Positions 56,501-64,000 of a DNA stretch of 64,000 bases are shown piece after piece. The DNA comes from Phaeosaccion multiseriatum (taxonomy: Eukaryota; Protista; Ochrophyta, other classes): contig OZ218963.1 of the NCBI GenBank assembly GCA_965112735.1, positions 2,294,001 to 2,358,000 of the forward strand, given 5' to 3'. Position 1 is the stretch's first letter, and each line of letters opens with the position of its first letter. Below the pieces are notes generated by a model. It had not been told where the DNA came from. It ran no database searches and was given only the letters and a program-made list of their open reading frames with translations. The position numbers and the translations under genes were made by a program.

Positions 56501-57900
56501 ACCCTACCTGCACATAGCAGGAGGTCAGTCGCTATCCACCAGAGGTGGAGCACTCGTGAGAAAACGAAAGGACGAGAGATGAAGTAATATTTTAGGAGAT
56601 GGAAAGAACTAAAAGGAAACTGAAACTGAACGAAGAAACTGAAACTATGAACTGACGACATTTGTGAGCATACCTCCACAAAGTGCGGCAAGGTCCATCC
56701 TGATTCCATGCAGCTCCTCCATCAACCGATTGACCATGTCGTGATCCCCCATCGGTTCCTCCTGGGACCAGCCAGTACGCTTACTCTGTGCCAGCCGATC
56801 GCCGCGCCATGCCGGCATCTTCCCTCTTGCTGCGCCCCTGCAGCTGCTCCCTCCGAGCGTGCCTAATTATGCCTGATATCCGTGCCTGCTGCTGCTGCTG
56901 CCTCTGCAGCTGCTGCGGTATCCAACACCTGCTGCTGCGCCCCCTGCCTCTCCAGCCAAGCCTGCTGTATCTCCTGCCGCTAACCTCTAGATCAGCGGTC
57001 CCCTCTGATTAAGTATAGCGGATACCCGTGCCTCCTGCTGCTGCCCCTGCAGCTGCTGTATCCAATCCTTTGCTGCTGCCCCTGCAGCTGCTCGCCAATC
57101 CTTCCGTGCCTCCTGCTGCTGCCCCTGCAGCTGCTCCTTGCAATATCCCTAGCTACCTCTTGCTGCCGATCCACGGTAGCGCTGCTGTGCCACTCTTTCA
57201 AAGCCAAGCAATAAATTCTCCCACAAATAAATTCTCCCACCGGTTCCCAAGCAAAGCCAAGCCAAGCAAAGCTAATTAAGCTAAACGCCCCTGACGGAGC
57301 AAGCTGTGGCGTGTCCGTGCCTTGGACACTAACCAAAAACGTCCACGTGCTAGTCTAGCGCACGATGAACTCAAAGTCTCCCTCTGCTGAGCCTATTGGT
57401 CAAGTGCCAAACTGTCTTCGAGCTTTGGGGTTGTGGAAAGTCGTGCTTAGACCTCCACGAAACGGACTAGACACACAGATAAGGTAGCAGCACCCCAAAG
57501 CTAGCCTGACAGCCGGCCTTGTATCTATTAGCTTATCTATGCACTGTCCTAAACGACCACCTACAGGAGGATAGTGAGAAACGGGCACCGTTTCTCACTG
57601 CGTTGCCTAGGCCTGGGCCACTGACATACGACTGACTTTCCACATCCCCATCGGCCATCCCTGCACTTCTAACACTGACTTTGGGGTTGTGGAAAGTCGT
57701 GCTTAGACCTCCACGAAACGGACTAGACACACAGATAAGGTAGCAGCACCCCAAAGCTAGCCTGACAGCCGGCCTTGTATCTATTAGCTTATCTATGCAC
57801 TGTCCTAAACGACCACCTACAGGAGGATAGTGAGAAACGGGCACCGTTTCTCACTGCGTTGCCTAGGCCTGGGCCACTGACATACGACTGACTTTCCACA
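53541..57900 (-). mobile_element. Element I: non-autonomous three-LTR element with gag-like ORF
   Basis: 213-bp LTRs 53541-53753, 57432-57644, 57688-57900; TSD GGTG; ORF 54020-55210 with CFHCKKEHCLSRC knuckle and coiled coil. Confidence 0.9.
55218..56680 (-). mobile_element. Element G2: second copy of the 1463-bp non-autonomous element
   Basis: LTRs 55218-55439 and 56459-56680, TSD AAGT, nearly identical to G1. Confidence 0.92.
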
Positions 57901-58402
57901 GGTGGTATGAACGGCTCTCTGCTCATCATCTCAAGTTTGTCCACAAGCCAGGGCGGGAAGGGAGCTTGTGGTGCCTGACTGCCTGTCACGCGACCCCTTG
58001 CCAGTGACTGAGTGGTGTGATGCGGTGGGAGTGAAGGTGGCGTTGGTGGATGTGGTGGGTGACACACTCGCGTTAGGGTGGGAGGATCAGGTGGAGGGGG
58101 CGGTTCTGCGGTTTGTTGCAGCCGTGCAGCAGTTGCAAGGGGAGGCGGTGGCGGCTCAGTCAGTGCCTTTGGAGGGACTCTCGTCTGTCACGGCGCGACA
58201 GCAGGCGTCGGTGTTGGAAATACCAAGCCAACTGTGAACTACAGGGTTCCGACAGAATGACACTACACATGTAAGAAGGCAGGCTGGCAGCTATCCACTG
58301 AATATTCACGGGGGTAGCTGTCAGCCTAGCAAAAGGATGTGTTGGAAGTGGCGGATAGCTATTGGGGATGTTGGAAGGCCCCGGGATAGGCATTGGGGAT
58401 GT

Positions 58403-58577
58403 TGTTGCGATATCCCCTCTACAGAAACAGTGACAGGCCAAGTAGTGTCAACTCTTGTATTGTTATATACCCATGAGAGATACGTCTAAAGAAGTGATGG
58501 CTTTGGCGCCACACATGTACCTCGATATTCTATGTCGATATAGTGCTCAGTTACATAAGTCGATGTTCATCGTAACA
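58403..58577 (-). repeat. Diverged solo LTR of family C
   Basis: Aligns to 14840-15025 with many substitutions; no matching TSD. Confidence 0.8.
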
Positions 58578-58601
58578 CATCTATTTGTGTTGACATTGCT
58601 C

Positions 58602-59504
58602 TCAGGGGCATGCAAACTCGACGTTAGAATGTCCGTCCTTCCACACCTCTTCTTCCAGCAGCGGGTCGCAATGCTCCAGCCGGTAGACTTCGCCGGCCCA
58701 CGCGTGGTGGACGAATGAAAACTCCACGCACTTGAAGCCATCACATCCCCAGCTGTTGCGCTCTTTGTGGAACAAAAGCATTCCGCTTCGATCCATATCG
58801 CTAAAGAACTCCTCATGCTGCTCGAAGCGCTTGCCGTGAACCTCAACTTGTGCTTGCTGAATCTTGATTGCGTCACTGCCTCCCGCTAGGTCGGCAACCG
58901 ATTTGAATGTGGCGAACTCGCATCCTTCACAATCCACCTTTAGCACAGTAATCGTCCGACCCACATGCCCAAGGTGCACCATAAGTTCCTGGAGGCTGAG
59001 CAGTGTGCCATCGCCAAGCGTGCTGCCTGAATGTTCTTTGTCTGTCAGCCCAATCAAATGGAAATGGTATCCATGCTCGGAAGCCAATGCATCTGCGGCA
59101 GCAAGGTCCACCGTCGGGTCGAAAGTGTGAACTTCACAGTTTGGAGCCAGCTGGAGTATACTCTTCTCAAAGTCATCTTGCAAGTGGGAACCCACCGAGT
59201 ACACAAGACAGTCTTTCTGCTGCGAGAGATACCTTGAGCCGCAGACGAATTTCCCACCATCCCCAAAATCTCCTCCCACGCGATCCTCCTCCCCACAACC
59301 CCATTCGGGTTCCCAAGCATCATAGGTTTTCTTCATGCTTCCTGTAAAGCGAGAGCTATGTTTGCTCAAAACTTGAAGCCTGGTGCAGTGCTTTTCGTGC
59401 CAAGCTTCGACTTTTTGGGCCCAGTGATCGAAGCAGAAGTCACCCCAATCGACGGCCAGAGCAGAGGTAAGGCACAAGGCCATGATTGCGATGAAACTCT
59501 TCAT
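58602..59504 (-). CDS. Secretory-pathway SAM-dependent methyltransferase (Methyltransf_22/FkbM-like)
   Basis: Signal peptide; GDGGKFVC, CLVYSVGS, CEVHTFDP, LKVDCEGCEF, QVEVH, LFHKE motifs; single exon, 300 aa. Confidence 0.85.
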   Translation of the reverse strand: MKSFIAIMALCLTSALAVDWGDFCFDHWAQKVEAWHEKHCTRLQVLSKHSSRFTGSMKKTYDAWEPEWGCGEEDRVGGDFGDGGKFVCGSRYLSQQKDCLVYSVGSHLQDDFEKSILQLAPNCEVHTFDPTVDLAAADALASEHGYHFHLIGLTDKEHSGSTLGDGTLLSLQELMVHLGHVGRTITVLKVDCEGCEFATFKSVADLAGGSDAIKIQQAQVEVHGKRFEQHEEFFSDMDRSGMLLFHKERNSWGCDGFKCVEFSFVHHAWAGEVYRLEHCDPLLEEEVWKDGHSNVEFACP

Positions 59505-59936
59505 TGGAATACAATTGTACAGAAGCAGGGCCTTCGTATGGTACGCTACACTCTCCCTTCATACAATTTCAAATAATTTTCTATTGATGAGCGGTTTTGC
59601 CGAGAGGCCCCACTCGGTGAAAGTGGGTATTTTTAGTACCCAACTTTTTTACAAGAAGAGCGTGGTAGGTGATACCATTATGTGTTATATCGTAGTGTAG
59701 TATAGTTTCCCCTGTCACAGCAGGGGCAGACACACACACAAAAAAAGAGGGAAAAAGGGGCGCTACTGGTCCATATTGGGTACTAAGAATGAATTATGAC
59801 CAACGATCCATAGGGGGGCGGTTGACACACCCACACACGCCGCCATCCTGTGAGGACAAAAAAATTCCGACGGCTGGCTCTCTCCCTCTCGTTTAAGTAC
59901 CAAAATTTTTAAACTTGGGGGAGCTTCGCCTTGGTC

Positions 59937-61126
59937 ATGTCTCAGCGCAATGCCACCCTCGGGTACCTGCTCCTTACCAGTAGCTTGGTGTCAGTGACCA
60001 CTAGGTAAGGAAGAGTGAAAGTGGGTTTGTATGTATGCTTTTCTCTTTTTAAGTATTTACCACTACCTTGTTCGAACAACAACCAACCAGACTATCCCGG
60101 GACCAAGACCGTGTGGGATCTGAGCAATACAATATTGCAAGCCTTGCCCTGTCCGTCGACGTGGCCAAAATCATTGTCTCGATGATTATGTTCCATAGAA
60201 CAACCACTCACGACGAGCGTAACGCTGACGCGGCCCGGGCTGGATGGAAGTCTCCGATGACCTGGATTCTGGGCCTTTTCCCGAGCTTGCTCTACTTGGC
60301 TCAAAACATTCTCGCGACCTGGGCGCTCTCCATTCTTCCTGCCGCGATATTCTCGTCTCTCCTCAACCTGCGCGTGTTGTTCACTGCCGTACTCGCCCGC
60401 CTCGTGTTCCGAGAGCACGTCAGCGTGGTGAAGGGGCTGTCCCTGGTCCTCCTCGTGTGCGCAGCAATGGTGAACAGTCTGGCGCACGTCTCCTCCGAGC
60501 ACGATGTCTGCGTCGTCGAGGATGGTAGGCAGGATATTTTGGTGCAGCCAGACAGTCGCACCGGAGGAGCTGAGTCCCGAGTAGAGACAGTGCTCGCCCT
60601 CTCGGTGTGCTGCGGGATTGCGCTCTCTTCAGCCGTGGCTGGTATCATCATGCAATCAGTTATGCAGAAGCAAGTGTCGAGCATATGGGAAGGCAACGTT
60701 GTGCTGTCAGCGACATCTCTCGTGGCGAACATGCTCATCCACGCTGGCATGTCGCTCGATTTCTTCGCACACTGGACCGCGTACACGTTTGTCGCTGTGG
60801 GAGTGAGTGTCCTACATGGTATAGTCACCGCTCGAGCCATCGCGGTGGCGGGAAGTGTAGCCAAGACCGTAGTTGGCACCCTAGCTTTAGTAATAATCTC
60901 CGTGCTGGACTTGGGGCTCTTCAACGAGAGCATCAATGCCACGCGCGTCCTTGGACAGCTGATGCTCTGCACGACGTGCGTGCAGCTAGCCTTGCTCAAT
61001 GCAAGCGCAGCAGACGCCGAGCAGGAACGAAAGGAAACCACCGGTAGTGGTGACGTTGACGTGAACGATGACATTGAGCTGTTGGCCGAACTTAGAGATG
61101 TAAGGAAGGAGAAAGCTGGTCTCTAA
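59937..61126 (+). CDS. Nucleotide-sugar transporter (SLC35A-like), two exons (59937-60004, 60091-61126)
   Basis: PSLLYLAQN, NLRVLFTAVL, SSAVAGI, multiple TM segments; GT-AG intron 60005-60090 joins in frame; C-terminal KEKAGL. Confidence 0.85.
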
Positions 61127-61479
61127 AGTCTCAAATATCCACTCTGCACCCAAACAGTGCTTTGCATTATTATCTGGTTTCCTTCCGAAAATGGGGAGGG
61201 GGAAGACTGAGCGGCGGGAAGGGGACGATGGGTGGAGGGACGGAATTTAAAAGAGGCAGAGCAGGAATGGGAGGAAGAGCCTGGAAGGAGATCGGGGGCT
61301 CTAGATGGTGATGATGAGAGAGGACTTCTCTACGCCGGCTTTGGCGTCGATGCCTGAGAGCCCCATTTGAATTTCCTTGCCTCTTGCAGCTCTGGCCGCG
61401 CCCTCTCGCCTCTTTTTATTCTTTCGCCCTTTTTGGATACGTATACCTGCGTATAGGGTTCGTTTGCCTGTTGTTCACA

Positions 61480-61570
61480 GTTGGCCTGGTTCTTCCAACA
61501 TCGTGCTTGACAACGCTTCGATCCACTACGTTGCCGACCGAGTACAGGAGCTGCTCGAGGCAACAGGGGC
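61480..61570 (+). pseudogene. IS630/Tc1/mariner transposase fragment
   Basis: IVLDNASIH..VQELLEATGA is the second catalytic Asp block of DDE_3 transposases; cut by a K hairpin. Confidence 0.65.
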
Positions 61571-61661
61571 TGTTAGGAGTCGTGCTTTTGCTAGACTGAT
61601 ACCTACCCTCTGAATATTCAGACCGGGAGGTGTCAGTATAGGAAAAGAACGACTTCTAAGA
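61571..61661. repeat. Degenerate solo K hairpin
   Basis: Left arm near consensus, centre TCTGAATATTCAGA, right arm mutated. Confidence 0.75.
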
Positions 61662-61677
61662 AGGTTGATTGTGAGAA

Positions 61678-61870
61678 TGCAAAAGCGACTCAGCCGCTTA
61701 GACAAGTGGTAACACTCAGTATAGGGGGGGAGGGAAAGTGTTTGCAAGCCCTGCTGCTAGGCTCTCCTTACCAAGTTCACCTATTACTGAGCGGCCCATT
61801 GCCACTCAAAATCTATGTATTATAGGACACACCGACCGTTAAGGACCATCTATTCTGAGGCCTTCCAATA
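61678..61870 (-). repeat. Diverged solo LTR of family B
   Basis: Reverse complement shares GGAAGGCCTCAGA, GGTCGGTGTGTCCTATA, GGAGAGCCTAGCAGCAGGGCTTGCAAAC, GTTACCACTTGTCTAAGCGGCT. Confidence 0.8.
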
Positions 61871-61876
61871 GGGTAG

Positions 61877-62189
61877 TGTTAGCGGTCTGAATTCAGAGGG
61901 CAGGTATCAGTCTAGCAAAAGTACGACTTCTAACAAGGCTAGTTGTGAGTTCGAACCTTAGCTGTCGCTTGTGAAAAAGCGTATTTTTCGGCGAAAACTG
62001 TTACCAGCTTGCTGGCCCATGATGCTGATTCTCAGACTGCGAGTTACTTCTCTCCACTATGTGCGGTGGGGGGGGGGGGTTCGTCTTCTAGCAACGGTCT
62101 TGTTAGAAGTCGTGCTTTTGCTAGACTGGTACCTCCCGGTCTGAATTCAGAGGGTAGGTACCAGTCTAGCAAAAGCACGACTTCTAACA
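61877..62189. mobile_element. Element K3: hairpin-terminal element with partly deleted left arm
   Basis: TGTTAG start, full internal region, right hairpin 62101-62189, TSD GTAG. Confidence 0.85.
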
Positions 62190-62627
62190 GTAGCTGTGAC
62201 CATTAGGGCTGGCACCTGGTTGGTACAGGAAAGAGGCATAGAGGCAGGGGTGGCGTTATGGCCAGGTAGCTAGCCAGTGCGAGGGGGGATGGGAGATAAA
62301 GAATATATTGGGCATAAAGACATGAATATAAACGACTATCCCGGGCCCAGAAGAATATACTTCCACGGCGCCGAATATGCGCGAATATTCCGCGAATATT
62401 CCGCGTCGAAGAGGAGAATATTCAGCCCCAGACGAAATATGCTGCTCAGAATATTTCCGGCCCTGCGGGCGGCCTAGTACTAGAGTTGGGCCTACCCCCC
62501 CTGGACGTTCGTTTTCGTCTAAACAATTCGATAACACACCACAGGACCAATGTGCCAAGCTCAGGTAACATCACGCAATACTAGACCTATTCTAGGGAGG
62601 AGGATAACTTGATGTTATCTGAGCTTA

Positions 62628-63007
62628 CTGTGATTTCGCGGTTGAGTGGCACTTTTTACGCCCAATTACGCCCCATTATTTTTTTTTTACGCCGAATGAC
62701 GACTTTTTTTACGACGTTTGACGACGTTTGACGACGCTTTAGCCCCCTATTTTACGCCCCTTGACGCCCTTTGACGCCCTTTTATCTTCATTCGCCTTAA
62801 TTTCGTCTAAAAAAAATCACGTAAAAAAAAATCACGGCGTAAAAGGGCGTAAAAGGCCGTAAAAGGCCGTCAAAAGGCGTCAAAGGGCGTCAAATAGGGG
62901 GCTAAAGCGTCGTCAAACGTCGTAAAAAAAGTAGTCATTCGGCGTAAAAAAAAAATTAATGCGGCGTAATTGGGCGTAAAAAGTGCCACTCAACCGCGAA
63001 ATCACAG
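62628..63007. mobile_element. MITE with long terminal inverted repeats and TA target duplication (Tc1/mariner-like)
   Basis: TA-CTGTGATTTCGCGGTTGAGTGGCAC..GTGCCACTCAACCGCGAAATCACAG-TA; inverted arms over 120 bp with TTTGACG/TTTACG subrepeats. Confidence 0.85.
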
Positions 63008-63154
63008 TAGCACAAAAAAAAAAGGGGGGGGGGGGGGGGGGGGAAACTGTTATCCTCCCCTCGGGACGGCATGATGACGTTATCCTCCCCTCGGGACGAC
63101 TAACTTTCTCGTCACACAAGGGATCTGAACCCCCATCCTCGGAAATGTTTTTGT

Positions 63155-63475
63155 TGTTAGAAGTCGTACTTTTGCTAGACTGGTACCTACCCTCTGAATT
63201 CAGACCGGGAGGTACCAGTCTAGCAAAAATACGACTTCTAGCAAGCCCATTGCTAGAAGTCGAACCCCCCCCCCCCACCGCACGTAGTGGAGAGCAGTAA
63301 CTCGCAGTCTGGGAATCAGACTAATGGGTCAGCAAGCCAGCAAGCCGGTACCAGTTTTCGCCGAAAAATACGCTTTTTTCACAAGCGACAGCCAGGATTC
63401 GAGCTCGCAATTGCCTTGTTAGAAGTCGTACTTTTGCTAGACTGGTACCTACCCTCTGAATTCAGACCGGGAGGT
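63155..63475. mobile_element. Element K4: hairpin-terminal element, right hairpin truncated
   Basis: Hairpin 63155-63243, internal region as in K2, partial hairpin from 63417. Confidence 0.8.
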
Positions 63476-63519
63476 GCTAAGCTCAGATAACATCAAATTA
63501 TAGGGGAGGGGGGGGGGGG

Positions 63520-63620
63520 TCGTGGGTGATGGCCGCTACCATGGTTGTGAGCGACATAGCATTTGCAAGGAGGAATTGGCTTGGCTTATGAAGAAGCCGG
63601 GCGGGGCCTGAGCATGGCGA
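63520..63620 (+). pseudogene. Decayed copia fragment homologous to the pre-RT region of D
   Basis: GGTGATGGCCGCTA..GAGCGACATAGCATTTGC..GGCTTATGAAGAAGCCGGGCGGG matches 28168-28250 reverse complement. Confidence 0.65.
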
Positions 63621-63788
63621 ACCATAGAAGCGCTTGTGTGAGTACCCGGGGGTGCATTTGGAGAAGCGTCTGAAGGAAAGGGGGAACTCTATTTGGAGGC
63701 GTTAGCCGAAGTGAAATGGGCTGCGGACCTGGACAGTCGGAGCAGAGTTGAGGGACTTGACATTTGCTGGAGGGACATGTAGTTCAAG

Positions 63789-64000
63789 TGTGGTGAAGCT
63801 GGGTCAGGCTCAATTACGTATTATTAGGTAGGCAGGACAGTAAGTCAATGATGTGGGACGCGGACGTTTTGAGGCCTTGGTTGGCCCCTCCGCACTCCTG
63901 AACCCGTAAAGACCAATTGGATTGCTTCCTTAAACAAGGGAGCTGTCCAGGGTCTTAGGGTGGGAAAGCCCTAGTTATTAATACACTTGGTGCCAGCATT
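63789..64000 (+). repeat. LTR of family A, running off the window end
   Basis: TGTGGTG..CAGGCTCAATTACGTA..CCCCTCCGCACTCCTGAACCCGTA shared with 6203 and 50144 copies. Confidence 0.88.

Larger units (their letters stand above)
52200..58210 (+). pseudogene. Second B-family gypsy RT-RNase H fragment interrupted by element I
   Basis: 52205-53540 and 57905-58210 closely match 24595-26228; FVDD, TDAS, TDHQPL. Confidence 0.88.

Overview
Eukaryotic, GC-rich, intron-containing DNA (stramenopile/algal-like by gene style; taxon not provable from sequence). Five host genes flank a ~52 kb nest of LTR retroelements (6203-58577): an EF-hand protein 3' exon, a PP2C phosphatase and a glycosyltransferase-like gene on the left; a Methyltransf_22/FkbM-like methyltransferase and a nucleotide-sugar transporter on the right. 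LTR pairs and target-site duplications (TSDs) resolve most of the nest, four layers deep: element A (6203-50443) contains Ty3/gypsy B (8268-48007), which carries Ty1/copia C1 (itself holding gypsy F and mini-element M), copia D, non-autonomous G1, K1, H (holding copia E), K2 and a truncated copia C2. A second, decayed B-like element (about 52200-58400) carries I, which holds G2. The most unusual observations: (1) two families of tiny non-coding elements whose ends are near-perfect 89-108 bp hairpins with TG..CA termini and 4- or 5-bp TSDs, flip/flop and variable loops, and a Pol III B-box-like motif; (2) no tRNA primer-binding site in most families: C, D, E, F and G have a 12-14 bp palindrome at the PBS position with palindrome-preserving substitutions, while B, H and I have Tf1-like PBS/LTR complementarity; (3) a DEDDy 3'-5' exonuclease domain fused in frame between RNase H and integrase in the pol of B; (4) an in-frame TGA-CAT between integrase and RT in two different copia families. 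Element letters are my own labels; all protein calls are by motif recognition, not database search.
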